Positions 10,174 to 20,971 are shown, counted from the stretch's first letter. The stretch is DNA of 64,000 nt from Escherichia coli (GCF_024298765.1 NZ_CP101210.1); one strand, 5' to 3'. Notes: generated from the sequence alone by a model not told the origin. Translations and numbers: made by a program.

Positions 10174-11622
10174 TTAAAGACCGATGCACATATATTTGAT
10201 TTCTAAGTAATCTTCGATGCCATACTTCGAACCTTCACGACCCAGACCCGAGGCTTTAATGCCGCCGAACGGGGCCACTTCATTGGAAATAATGCCAGTA
10301 TTAATGCCGACGATGCCGTACTCCAGCGCCTCGCCCACGCGGAAGACGCGGCTTAAATCACGGGCGTAGAAATAGGCGGCAAGGCCAAACTCGGTGTCAT
10401 TGGCCTGCGCAATCACATCGGCTTCATCTTTAAAGCGGAATAGCGGGGCAAGGGGGCCGAACGTCTCTTCTTTCGACACTTTGGCGTTGGCCGGAACGTC
10501 CACCAGAATGGTCGGCTGGAAGAAGTTGCCGCCGCGTTCATCCGCTTTACCGCCGCAAACCACACGCGCACCTTTCTCCAGCGCATCGGCAATATGCTCT
10601 TCCACTTTTGCTACCGCTTTTTCATCAATCAGCGGCCCAATGGTGACGCCATTCTCCAGCCCGTCGCCGATGTGCAGTTTGCTCACCGCCTGCTGCAATT
10701 TTTCGGCAAAGCGGTCATACACGCCGTCCTGCACGTATAAACGGTTGGCGCAGACGCAGGTTTGCCCGGCGTTGCGGAATTTCGAGGCCAGTGCGCCTTC
10801 CACGGCTTTGTCGAGGTCGGCATCGTCAAAGACGATAAACGGCGCGTTGCCGCCCAGTTCCAGCGACACTTTCTTGATGTCTTTCGCGCACTGTTCCATT
10901 AACTGGCGGCCAATTTCGGTCGAGCCGGTAAACGACAGTTTGCGCACCAGCGGGTTGCTGGTCAGTTCGTTACCGACCGCGCCCGCCGAACCGGTGACCA
11001 CGTTAAATACGCCAGCCGGAACGCCTGCGCGAATCGCCAGTTCCGCCAGCGCCAGCGCAGAGAACGGCGTCTGACTGGCAGGTTTCAGCACCATCGTGCA
11101 GCCTGCCGCCAGCGCCGGACCGGCTTTACGGGTAATCATCGCCGCCGGAAAGTTCCACGGCGTGATAGCAGCAGTGACGCCAATCGGCTGCTTGATAACA
11201 ATCAGGCGTTTATCGGCCTGATGACCGGGAATGGTGTCGCCATAAATACGTTTGCCTTCTTCAGCAAACCACTCAATAAAGGAGGCCGCGTAGCTGATTT
11301 CGCCTTTCGCTTCAGCCAGCGGTTTACCCTGTTCGAGGGTCATCAGGCGCGCTAAATCGTCCTGATGCTCCATCATCAAATTGAACCAGTTGCGCAGAAT
11401 GGTGGCGCGTTCTTTGGCGGTGAGCGCGCGCCAGGCGGGCAGAGCGCGGTTGGCGGCGTCGATAGCGGCGCGGGTTTCATCAGCGCCCATTTTCGGCACG
11501 CTACCCAGCTTGTCGCCGTTCGCCGGATTGGTGACGTCGATGACCTCGCCATTGTTGGCGTCCAGCCATTCCCCGTTAATCAACGCCTGCTGGCGGAATA
11601 AGTTACTGTCGTTAAGTTTCAT
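10174..11622 (-). CDS. gabD: Succinate-semialdehyde dehydrogenase GabD
   Basis: 482-aa aldehyde dehydrogenase-family ORF MKLNDSNLFRQQALINGEWLDA... Confidence 0.9.
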   Translation of the reverse strand: MKLNDSNLFRQQALINGEWLDANNGEVIDVTNPANGDKLGSVPKMGADETRAAIDAANRALPAWRALTAKERATILRNWFNLMMEHQDDLARLMTLEQGKPLAEAKGEISYAASFIEWFAEEGKRIYGDTIPGHQADKRLIVIKQPIGVTAAITPWNFPAAMITRKAGPALAAGCTMVLKPASQTPFSALALAELAIRAGVPAGVFNVVTGSAGAVGNELTSNPLVRKLSFTGSTEIGRQLMEQCAKDIKKVSLELGGNAPFIVFDDADLDKAVEGALASKFRNAGQTCVCANRLYVQDGVYDRFAEKLQQAVSKLHIGDGLENGVTIGPLIDEKAVAKVEEHIADALEKGARVVCGGKADERGGNFFQPTILVDVPANAKVSKEETFGPLAPLFRFKDEADVIAQANDTEFGLAAYFYARDLSRVFRVGEALEYGIVGINTGIISNEVAPFGGIKASGLGREGSKYGIEDYLEIKYMCIGL

Positions 11623-11644
11623 TGTTACGTCCTGTTTTCAAAGG

Positions 11645-12913
11645 TTATTGATTAAATGCGGCGTGTAAGGCATCCACACTACGTGCCGCTCGCAGCGTGC
11701 GTCCGGGGTTACTCTGGCTTGCCAACAGCGTTTGTACCTTGCTGACAATATGCGCACCAATAGGAATTGCTGATGTCGCTGCCGGGGAGGGCGCATTGCA
11801 GGTGTGGATCGTGCGCGGGGTGGTGACAAACAGAAAATCGTCAATCAGCTTGCCGTCCGGCGATACCGCCTGCGCCCGCACACCAGCGGGCCAGGGCTGG
11901 AGATCGCTTAACGAAAGCCGGGGACAATACTTTTGCACCAGCCGCAGATAGCCGCTTTTGCACAGCGAGTTTTTCATCTCGCCCAGTCCTGAGCGTAGAT
12001 GGTTTTGCAGCACCCGGCGAATCCCCGACGAGCCCAAAATCTCCAGCGTGTCGCTAAATGAGAAGTCGCGCTTACGATAGCCTTCGCGTTTGAAAGCCAG
12101 CACCGCGTTTGGCCCGACGGTCACGCTGCCATCGATCATGCGGGTGAGATGCACGCCCAAAAATGGCATCGCGGGGTCGGGAATGGGGTAAATCAGGTGG
12201 TTAACAATCTGGTTATGCTCCGGCGCAAGGCGGAAATACTCGCCACGGAACGGGCAGATAATAAAGCCCGGTTCGAGGCCGAGCATTTTCACCAGCCGGT
12301 CAGCCATCAGCCCGGAACAGCTAATCAGCGTCGATGCTTCATATTCACCGCCCTGACGGGTACGTATCACCACGCCGTTTTTATGCTCACTGAGGGCGCT
12401 GACTTCGGCGTTATAAATAATCTCGCCGCCTCTGGCCTGGAAGATTTTTGCCATCGCCGCCGTCACTTCGCGATAGCTGACAATGCCGCTGGACGGCACA
12501 AAAATGCCGCCGAGCCCGGTGATATTCGGTTCGCGCTCGCGCAGTTCCTCGGCGTTTAGCCACTCGCGCTCGATACCATTCGCCGCCGTACGTTCCCACA
12601 ACGCGCGCATCCGTTCCATTTCGAGTTCAGAGGTGGCGACCAGCATCTTGCCGCAGTTGTCATAGCGAATGCCGTTTTGATCGCAAAAGGCTTTGGTGGC
12701 GCGGTTCCCCGCCAGGCAAAACTGCGCCTTCAGGCTACCGGGCGTGTAATAAACCCCGGCATGGATCACGCCGCTGTTGTGGCCTGTCTGATGACAGGCC
12801 GGACCGGACTCTTTTTCCAGCAACGCAATGCGGGCATCCGGATAAACATCAATCAGTTGCATGGCGGTCGACATGCCGATGATGCCGCCGCCAATAATCA
12901 CAAAATCATACAT
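11645..12913 (-). CDS. lhgO: L-2-hydroxyglutarate oxidase/dehydrogenase LhgO (YgaF)
   Basis: FAD-binding GxGxxG near the N-terminus (MYDFVIIGGGIIGMSTAM); track ORF extends upstream to 12979. Confidence 0.85.
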   Translation of the reverse strand: MYDFVIIGGGIIGMSTAMQLIDVYPDARIALLEKESGPACHQTGHNSGVIHAGVYYTPGSLKAQFCLAGNRATKAFCDQNGIRYDNCGKMLVATSELEMERMRALWERTAANGIEREWLNAEELREREPNITGLGGIFVPSSGIVSYREVTAAMAKIFQARGGEIIYNAEVSALSEHKNGVVIRTRQGGEYEASTLISCSGLMADRLVKMLGLEPGFIICPFRGEYFRLAPEHNQIVNHLIYPIPDPAMPFLGVHLTRMIDGSVTVGPNAVLAFKREGYRKRDFSFSDTLEILGSSGIRRVLQNHLRSGLGEMKNSLCKSGYLRLVQKYCPRLSLSDLQPWPAGVRAQAVSPDGKLIDDFLFVTTPRTIHTCNAPSPAATSAIPIGAHIVSKVQTLLASQSNPGRTLRAARSVDALHAAFNQ

Positions 12914-12932
12914 CCGCTCAATTCCTTTGCGC

Positions 12933-14009
<1,077 letters not shown>

Positions 14010-14440
14010 TTACATATTGTTTTCTTATTGCGATCAAAAACAACAAATTAATAACAAATAATGTGAGGGATAAGAATTGGGTTGAAAGGAAATGAATAAT
14101 TAAAACAATATATTAAGTGTGCTTATACTCTTTTTCGAACTGGTGGCATTTGTTTAAATGCTATTTAAACTGCTTTTCCAGAGTTCAACTTACTGAGTTC
14201 CGTGTCGACTAATGTGAGTAAGATCAATCGCATCCAACCTATGTTACTTGATGGAATCGATAACAATATTAATGAATATACAGATTCCGGGAAGGCTGGC
14301 TATGGGGGCAAATTATTCTCTTTCTGGCAACGGGTAAATAACAGTGACCATTTGTCGAGAAGCTGATACTGAGCTGAGGGATACTGTATATGTCTGGACT
14401 GTAATTGGATGAATTCTATTCAGGGCGGGTCAGGACCAAT

Positions 14441-14624
14441 AAAAAAGCCCGCATCAGCGGGCTTTAATGTCATAGGGAGTCGCGACTCCGTTGCGTATCC
14501 TTTTTTGTCTCCTCACCGTCTGGTCGGTGTCCTGCTGAGACTTATAACTTCCTGTTTTTGTTGGTGTAGTCCTTACACCGTCCAATCATGATTGGTGGAG
14601 CTGGCGGGAGTTGAACCCGTGTCC
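14441..14624. repeat. Left att-associated direct repeat: displaced copy of the ssrA 3' end (~33 nt) plus ~150 bp of ssrA-downstream sequence
   Basis: ~90% identical by eye to 54238-54423; homology to ssrA stops at 14624, after which AT-rich prophage sequence begins. Confidence 0.7.
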
Positions 14625-15050
14625 ATAGTTATGTAATTCATTGAATTTAAATAGCCAAATATTGTTGATTTTACAAGCGGCTCTTTTGCGGAACTTTTTC
14701 TGTCCTGTTACTGTCTTACTATTTATTTTAAAATAGTTTCATTTGGAATTAATGGTTTGTGGTTGCAGTTTCGGAGATAGATAGCATTTTTTGCTAAAAA
14801 ATATTTTTATAAAAAATGTGTGTAAAAATGATGTTATGCACAGATTTATGCACAGAGGCTTTGTGATAAACCAGATTGTTTTGGATAAGTTTGTTTTTTT
14901 GTGATTTGTCAACAATATTATTGACTCTTGTTACTAAAGTGAGTGTTTTCTAAGGTGGTCAGAAGTTGTCCCTTCATGTAATCTTATTAGCCATAAAGAA
15001 CAAAAAATAATTCAACATCATTACCAACTATTTGTAAGATAAGGTTTTTA

Positions 15051-15866
15051 ATGTTGCAGCCAGCAAAAAAAGCATCAGTTATTAGCGCGCGGCTAACGAA
15101 ATACCTCAAAGATGGAGTGAGGATTGATGACTTTAGCTTTAGAAGGATGTTACGTGAGATTGAAGCACTTAGAGATCCTGTCTCTGAGGACTATCTTTTA
15201 GCGTTGGTCTATGGTGCACATGGCCAAGTGAATGAGGCGATAGGCTTCTTTGAGCGTTCCTTGCAGGTATGCCATAATGAGGTTGTTGCAAAGAATTTTC
15301 TTGTTTTCTTGTCAGATTACGGTACGTTGAAGAAAAGCTTTGAAACAAGCATTAAGCTTGCTGAAAGCTTCATATCCCCGTTTATTTATCTTCAAGCTTA
15401 TGAAAACTCCCTCTTTATGGGGAAGATGGCGTTGGCGGAGAAGTATTTCCAGTCATACTCTAAATTGTTCGGAGATAAGGAGCCTGAAAAAATGGACAAC
15501 AATCTTGATGAAGTTGTTTCCCAGGTCGAATCCTTTAAGCAACGTGCCGATCTTTCTGGTTTAGAATATGAACTTATTTTCAATAATGTAGCCAATGTCA
15601 TGGATTCTCAGAAGGTTCATCTTTCGGGAATGCGTTTTTATAATATTTCGGAAGAGAAAGTGAATGCGATTGTATTCATGACAAAGTCTTCTGATGCTGA
15701 ACAAATCGCTGATATGAATATTGAGCTTGCTTTTTCAATGGCTGAGCACGATTGTTTAGTCGGTAAAGATTTTGCTGTTTGGTTTGAATGTAAAGACACA
15801 CATATTGAGCAGAATGCTATCTCCGAATTAGGTCTGATTACCCGGAGGGTTGCACATGCCGGTTAA
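15051..15866 (+). CDS. Hypothetical protein (271 aa), first gene of a two-gene cargo operon beside attL/int; function unknown
   Basis: Clean ORF, soluble and helical-looking, no motif I recognise; AT-rich by eye; AT-rich upstream leader. Confidence 0.55.
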   Translation: MLQPAKKASVISARLTKYLKDGVRIDDFSFRRMLREIEALRDPVSEDYLLALVYGAHGQVNEAIGFFERSLQVCHNEVVAKNFLVFLSDYGTLKKSFETSIKLAESFISPFIYLQAYENSLFMGKMALAEKYFQSYSKLFGDKEPEKMDNNLDEVVSQVESFKQRADLSGLEYELIFNNVANVMDSQKVHLSGMRFYNISEEKVNAIVFMTKSSDAEQIADMNIELAFSMAEHDCLVGKDFAVWFECKDTHIEQNAISELGLITRRVAHAG

Positions 15867-16239
15867 TAGTCAAGATTTTCTCGGTTTTGCAAAAGACTGT
15901 CATCAACGTAATGACGAAATCGGCTATCGAAATGCTATAGCAAGATCCTACTATGGCGCTTACCATCATGTCTTGCCTTGTATGGTAAACGGGCCGAAAG
16001 ACAGTCATCAGGGGCTAATCAATTATTTGCAGGGCGATGCTTCAAGAGGAAGTGAAGTATATGAAGCTAGATATCTAAAAGGGATTAGTTTTATCCTGAG
16101 TCAACTTAAAGCTCAGAGGATTGTTGCAGACTATCGACTTGATCAATCGGTCACTTCTAAACAGTCTGAAGTTGCGATTCTAACAACTGAGAGGCTCTTT
16201 GCTAAGTGTACGGAAATGCTTAAATCGAGAGCCTCCTAA
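15850..16239 (+). CDS. Hypothetical protein (129 aa), overlaps upstream gene by 17 nt; contains an R-x6-H dyad (RSYYGAYHH)
   Basis: Overlapping start implies translational coupling; followed by a terminator hairpin at 16246-16270. Confidence 0.5.
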   Translation: MHMPVNSQDFLGFAKDCHQRNDEIGYRNAIARSYYGAYHHVLPCMVNGPKDSHQGLINYLQGDASRGSEVYEARYLKGISFILSQLKAQRIVADYRLDQSVTSKQSEVAILTTERLFAKCTEMLKSRAS

Positions 16240-16245
16240 TTGATA

Positions 16246-16270
16246 AAGCCACTTAAGTGGCTTTTTTTGT
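16246..16270. terminator. Hairpin plus T-run between the convergent cargo operon and int
   Basis: aaagccacttaagtggcttttttt. Confidence 0.6.
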
Positions 16271-17425
16271 GATATTGCTGGTCGTATTACCGTCATATTC
16301 CTTTAAATATAAACCATAATGACGAAATAACATTTCCGGCCCTTTATGCCCCATTTGAGCTGCAAGCCAAAACAGGTTTGCTCCCCGGCTGATATGGCGG
16401 GTGGCGAATGTATGCCTAGTTTGATATGGATTTCTGTAACGAATACCTGCTTTTCGCAATGTTGGCACCCATGCTTTTTTCCTGATTGCATCAGCACTTG
16501 CCCAAGGCTTATTGGTCTTTGGATCTTCAAAGACAGTAGTATCCTTCATGAATGTAAATGGCTTCTGATTTATCAGCGCCAACATTGCCTCTTCTGTCAG
16601 TTCAACTTTCCGAGTACCTGCTTTTGTCTTTGTCCCTTTGATAACACCGACAACACTTGCGCTCTGGACATGGGCAGTTTTTCCAACAAAGTCGATATCA
16701 CGCCATCGAAGGGCACATAATTCAGAACTACGCAGGCCTGTATGTATAGCGAACCGGAACAGATTTTCCCATTGTTTGTTTCCGGCTGCTGCTAGTAATG
16801 CATCAACTTCTGCTGGTGATAGCGGATCAACTACGTAGCTGCTTTCTGCTTCTGACTTATCACTTTGGTAGCGCGAAGCTGTTACTAACGATACGGGGTT
16901 AATTTGAAGTACCCCATCGGTCACGGCTTCATCAAGTGCTGACCGCAGGAAAGATAACTGGTTGCGAATTGTTTTTAAGGTCGTTTTCTGATTTTGAATC
17001 CACGCTTTCAGGGTTGCTGGTGTTAATTCACTTGCAGGGCAAATGTGAAGTGAGGCTAACGCACTACGGCATTTTTTATAGCCACCAATCGTAGAGGGTG
17101 AAAGTTTTCTTGTTTCGCAGATTTCAAGATATTCGTCCAGGTACATCTTTACCGTTTTGCCTGCAGCAGCATTACCAAAAATTTTCAAACGAGCAGAACG
17201 GGGAAAATATTCTGCATAAATGAATGTTCCCCTTTCGATCTTATTATGGATTTCGCCGAGTGTACGCTCGGCGTATTTAATGTTCTTTGGTGTTACTTCC
17301 AGATTGGAAAGCGGCTCACGACATCTAACTCCTTTGTAGGTGAAAGTTATATTGATCGTTTCTCCCTGGCGGTGTTTCCTGATTGTTACGCCGCGCGGTA
17401 GTTTGAGCAGTTTTGTCTGGCCCAT
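16253..17425 (-). CDS. int: Phage integrase, tyrosine recombinase family
   Basis: 390-aa ORF with C-terminal catalytic region (...HTGLRSSELCALRWRDID...RHTFATRHISRGANLFWLAAQMGH...); adjacent to xis and the att region. Confidence 0.85.
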   Translation of the reverse strand: MGQTKLLKLPRGVTIRKHRQGETINITFTYKGVRCREPLSNLEVTPKNIKYAERTLGEIHNKIERGTFIYAEYFPRSARLKIFGNAAAGKTVKMYLDEYLEICETRKLSPSTIGGYKKCRSALASLHICPASELTPATLKAWIQNQKTTLKTIRNQLSFLRSALDEAVTDGVLQINPVSLVTASRYQSDKSEAESSYVVDPLSPAEVDALLAAAGNKQWENLFRFAIHTGLRSSELCALRWRDIDFVGKTAHVQSASVVGVIKGTKTKAGTRKVELTEEAMLALINQKPFTFMKDTTVFEDPKTNKPWASADAIRKKAWVPTLRKAGIRYRNPYQTRHTFATRHISRGANLFWLAAQMGHKGPEMLFRHYGLYLKEYDGNTTSNITKKAT

Positions 17426-17631
17426 TTTGCAACCTCACTAAGATCAATCCACCTCTCCTTAACGCCTTCAACCTTTAAAACCTGAACACCTTCACGCCAA
17501 ACACCGCGCTGTACACGTTTGTTTATTGCTTCAGGAGTTTCGCCAGTTTCTTTGCAATAAGTTGAGATAGGAACACAATCGAGGTTCAGCATACGTTTCT
17601 CCATTATCCCGTCTGCACACGGGAGCAACAT
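17386..17631 (-). CDS. xis: Putative excisionase / small DNA-binding protein
   Basis: 81-aa basic ORF immediately upstream of and overlapping int by 40 nt, as in lambda xis-int; exact start uncertain. Confidence 0.5.
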   Translation of the reverse strand: MLLPCADGIMEKRMLNLDCVPISTYCKETGETPEAINKRVQRGVWREGVQVLKVEGVKERWIDLSEVAKWARQNCSNYRAA

Positions 17632-17633
17632 TA

Positions 17634-18524
17634 TTAACGAATAGTGTCGTTACTTTGAAGTACAGCAAATGCCATTAATACTTCTAAAGTATATCTTCTA
17701 TAAAATTTAACAAAACCAACATAGAAAACATAGACGAAGAAAAAGCTAAGCATTATTGAAAGTAAACTATAAAGATAATCACTATGAGTACATAATCGAT
17801 AAATAAAGGTTGGAACTGATACCCAAAATGAAATTATAAAGATTAAACATATGTTTCTGCAAAAACCATATAATGCAACATAGTTTTGAATTTTTGTTTG
17901 ATGTTGTTTTGAAAACTCATAAACATAATGATATGCCAATCTGAAGAGATCATCATCAAGTCCGTTTTTATCTTGTAATAATTGGCGATTTGTTATGAAC
18001 TTTTTCTCATAACCTTCTTTGATCATTAACCATGTTGTATTAGCTAAATGAAATGGTAGAGATTGAGAATAACATAGTTTTTGTGTTATAAAATCCCATA
18101 GTATTATTGGGCATAATACGCATTTGATTATGCGATTCTTTATTTTTGTTTTTTTATCAGCGCTTCTCTCATCGCATGATGGGCTACAAATGCTTTCTGA
18201 GGTATCTATCAATTTTTTAAATAGATATTTGGAAGGATATCCTAATTCTTTATTCATGTATTTTTCGATAAAAAATGCTGACGTGATAGAAATAAAATGT
18301 CCAGCTATATAAGATATAATAACTATTGAAGCGTAGTTCAAAATGCCAAAGATTTGACTTTGACCTCTGAGCAATTCACTTAAGTCAATAACAATATCTA
18401 GATCGAATGTCAAACCACAGAAATACATTAATAGGATAAAAAAACCACCTGGTATTAAATATCCAAGAAAGTCATAGAATGAGAATGGATTTTGATTCAT
18501 TGTTGCTCTCCAATAATTTTTCAA
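17634..18524 (-). CDS. Hypothetical integral membrane protein (296 aa; ~2 N-terminal and ~2 C-terminal TM helices around a soluble core)
   Basis: Strikingly AT-rich by eye compared with neighbours; hydrophobic stretches FFILLMYFCGLTF, IVIISYIAGHFISITSAFFI, ICLIFIISFWVSVPTFIY, LLSIMLSFFFVYVFYVGFV. Confidence 0.55.
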   Translation of the reverse strand: MKNYWRATMNQNPFSFYDFLGYLIPGGFFILLMYFCGLTFDLDIVIDLSELLRGQSQIFGILNYASIVIISYIAGHFISITSAFFIEKYMNKELGYPSKYLFKKLIDTSESICSPSCDERSADKKTKIKNRIIKCVLCPIILWDFITQKLCYSQSLPFHLANTTWLMIKEGYEKKFITNRQLLQDKNGLDDDLFRLAYHYVYEFSKQHQTKIQNYVALYGFCRNICLIFIISFWVSVPTFIYRLCTHSDYLYSLLSIMLSFFFVYVFYVGFVKFYRRYTLEVLMAFAVLQSNDTIR

Positions 18525-18608
18525 TTTGTAATATAACCTATATCTATATGTTAATAAATTACTTATATGTTCTTTTATGGCAGAGTTTGAATTCGTACGT
18601 GCTGATTT

Positions 18609-19145
18609 TTACGACTCAGTTAACTCTTTAAAGCGTTCCATAAACATCCCATAGGTATGGCCTGGCGACAGTGGAATAACTTTGAACATCTCTGTTGCCG
18701 GGATACCTTCCAGTACGGGCCAGAAAGAGCCATCATCAAGCCCGAGATCGCGGCGTTCGGTTGCCAGCATGATGAGATCGGCATATTTCACGGGCGTACT
18801 CATAACCGGGGGTAACCCGTATTTCTCACGGATTACGGCGTCTATTTTTTCTTCCATCCGTTTATAGTCAGGAAGAAGGCGTTTCAGTGGAGCCGGGATG
18901 TCCTGGCAATACGCTTCTGTTGCATCATGCATTAACGCTTCAAAAGCAAATTCCTGCGGTACCAGCTGGCTGCAAAGCACCGCATGTTGGGCGACGCTGT
19001 AGAAGTGTGAAAGATGGCCGGCAAAGCGACAGATATTTGAAAGGGAAACCGCGATATCGTTAATATCGATGTTGTCTTTATTTATCCTGTCATAATAAAA
19101 ATGTTTCCCGGAAAAAGTTTTAATAAATGACATTTTGTTCTCCAC
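18609..19145 (-). CDS. HD-domain phosphohydrolase, YfdR-like (putative 5'-deoxynucleotidase)
   Basis: 178-aa ORF with H...HD motif (ALMHDATEAY); same size and position as YfdR of prophage CPS-53. Confidence 0.65.
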   Translation of the reverse strand: MENKMSFIKTFSGKHFYYDRINKDNIDINDIAVSLSNICRFAGHLSHFYSVAQHAVLCSQLVPQEFAFEALMHDATEAYCQDIPAPLKRLLPDYKRMEEKIDAVIREKYGLPPVMSTPVKYADLIMLATERRDLGLDDGSFWPVLEGIPATEMFKVIPLSPGHTYGMFMERFKELTES

Positions 19146-19261
19146 GTTATATGCGCTGCACCGCGCTGAATTTTGGTTAAAGAAAACCCTCGCCTTCAGG
19201 CGATTATTGAGTCAATTACGTTTCCATAAATGCCCCCGCAGGGGCATTTGCAGTAATGAAA

Positions 19262-20086
19262 TCAGGCGGTGAAAGTCCCAATAAAGGTTTCTACTTTGCT
19301 GTCCTTGAATTTCTCAACAAGCAGATCACGAAATTCGTTAGCCATATCTTCCTGCACCGCTTCCAGCTGAATAATGCGCAGAACCAGTACAGGACGATCG
19401 CCAGTGATAATGCTGAGGCGTAATTTAAACGGACGTTCTTTCAGACCTTCAAACGGAACGCATTTAAACTCAAATGCCACTGGCATAATGTCTTTGGTCT
19501 TCGCTTCGACAGACTCCATCAGGGAGCGTTTGCCGCTGAAGTCATTATCTTCAAAATCAGCAGTCTGGTTTGCTTCAATCGTGATTTTACGGACCGCCGC
19601 AGCCGCTTTTGTTGCCTGAATGGTGTCACCATTAGCATCAAAGCCCACAAGATAGTCGGCCCAGTCTTCGATCCATTCTGCCAGTGATTTCTGGGAGTTA
19701 CGCTCTCCATTAACAGACAACAGAGCAGAGAACGGTGCTGTCTTTTTCAGTTTGAGAGTGGCGGTGTTATCTGCGTGACCTGGTTCATCAATAGTACCCA
19801 GGTTAAGCACACTGACGGCACGCATATTATCAGCATCGATAAAGCAGCGGGTGCCTTCATCTGCAAGATCTTTAGAATAACGGGTAAAGTCATCAATGCT
19901 GGCAGTGGAAAGCGCACCACGGAAACGGAAGCGATTTAAATTAAATTTTTCCAGATCATGAATGCGGAAATTCTCAGGCAATGCCACAGCATCGGCACCA
20001 ATCTTACTGATAATTTCATTAACACCCTGAGCAGAAATAAGAGCATGGATTTGATTAATTGCGGTTGCGTCTAAGTTCTGAGACAT
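19262..20086 (-). CDS. YfdQ-like (DUF2303) prophage early protein
   Basis: 274-aa [24 protein letters not shown]...; recalled similarity to CPS-53 YfdQ. Confidence 0.6.
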   Translation of the reverse strand: MSQNLDATAINQIHALISAQGVNEIISKIGADAVALPENFRIHDLEKFNLNRFRFRGALSTASIDDFTRYSKDLADEGTRCFIDADNMRAVSVLNLGTIDEPGHADNTATLKLKKTAPFSALLSVNGERNSQKSLAEWIEDWADYLVGFDANGDTIQATKAAAAVRKITIEANQTADFEDNDFSGKRSLMESVEAKTKDIMPVAFEFKCVPFEGLKERPFKLRLSIITGDRPVLVLRIIQLEAVQEDMANEFRDLLVEKFKDSKVETFIGTFTA

Positions 20087-20151
20087 AATAAGTCCTCACT
20101 ATATAAAGATATTCAGTGATGAGATAAATAATCAGTTAATTAAGAACGATA

Positions 20152-20514
20152 TTAATGACCTGCTGCGCGGAGTTTTCCGTCAGGCTCACCGGCAAGAGTC
20201 AGTAATTGTCCCTGGTCTTCCTGCAGAATAGTCAGGCGACCACCGCGATTGACATACATCGGCGTTTCGGTGGTGTCTTCTTCGGAAATTTTCCCACGGT
20301 TAGTCGGGCGAACATATGAGAGTTTGTGTTTGATTTTCACACGGTTCTCATCAAATGGTTCGATTTCCAGGTTGAGTGAGACCTTACCTTTGGTTTTCGT
20401 GTTCATCACACCGGAAGCGACTTCACTGAGAACTGCGCCGATTTTGGTTTCAAATACGCCGCCGTCCAGCTCCCCGATAAATGCCTGCACATCAGTACTG
20501 CGTTCGCTAGCCAT
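20152..20514 (-). CDS. YfdP-like prophage early protein (hypothetical)
   Basis: Likely start at MASERSTD, with GAGGAG 8 nt upstream on the coding strand; track ORF extends to 20700. Confidence 0.5.
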   Translation of the reverse strand: MASERSTDVQAFIGELDGGVFETKIGAVLSEVASGVMNTKTKGKVSLNLEIEPFDENRVKIKHKLSYVRPTNRGKISEEDTTETPMYVNRGGRLTILQEDQGQLLTLAGEPDGKLRAAGH

Positions 20515-20856
20515 TTTGCTGCTCCTCATCATATCGACCCTGCAAGGCCGATTAGTTTCTCCACAAAACAGAGAAGAACACCTGCGGTGGCAGCCGCCCG
20601 GATGGATTGGGTTATGAGCCCGTCGTCCGATGATGTTCTTCTCTGTTTTGTAAAAAGAGCGGTACCAGCCGGAAGCAAGTGTACAAACTGGTACCGCCAA
20701 AGCAGTGGCTGTTGTGGTGACCGGTGCTGATCTCCGGCTTGCGGTTATTTCAGACTCTCACGGGCGTTTAATTGCCCCGCCGAACAGCTCTTTTCCGCAA
20801 TAGCTGCAATGTCTTTCGCGCATCAGCCTGCGCATTCACCACAACTCTAAAAACAA

Positions 20857-20909
20857 ATGTAGGATATCCAACGTGTGGGTGTCAAGAGTTTATGTTGGTT
20901 ATCCTACAT
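20857..20909. promoter_or_regulatory. Left operator/promoter region (OL/PL-like): two copies of the repressor operator motif
   Basis: atgtaggatatccaac and gttggttatcctacat, the same motif found three times at OR. Confidence 0.55.
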
Positions 20910-20971
20910 AAAAAGATAGGCTCATAAAAAAACCGGGGATACCCCGGTTTTGCGATAGTGAGGAAGATGTG

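Noticed and set aside
9271-11622. Long plus-strand ORFs inside gabT and gabD (9597-10142, 10394-11074, 11365-11668)
   Set aside because: Antisense to well-supported gab genes; low-complexity Ala/Ser/Arg-rich translations typical of GC-rich antisense frames
14409-14591. 60-aa plus-strand ORF inside the left att repeat
   Set aside because: The region is a duplicated ssrA 3' end and downstream arm; the ORF is not conserved in the second copy, and a minus-strand reading is open in only one copy
15051-16239. Cargo operon as gtrA/gtrB-type O-antigen glucosylation genes (as in SfV-type phages at this position)
   Set aside because: Neither protein has TM segments or a GT2-like DxD signature
17634-18524. 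Membrane protein as an O-antigen acetyltransferase (Oac-like serotype conversion)
   Set aside because: Only about four TM helices with a large soluble core, versus ~10 TM for acyltransferase-3 enzymes; no recognisable motifs
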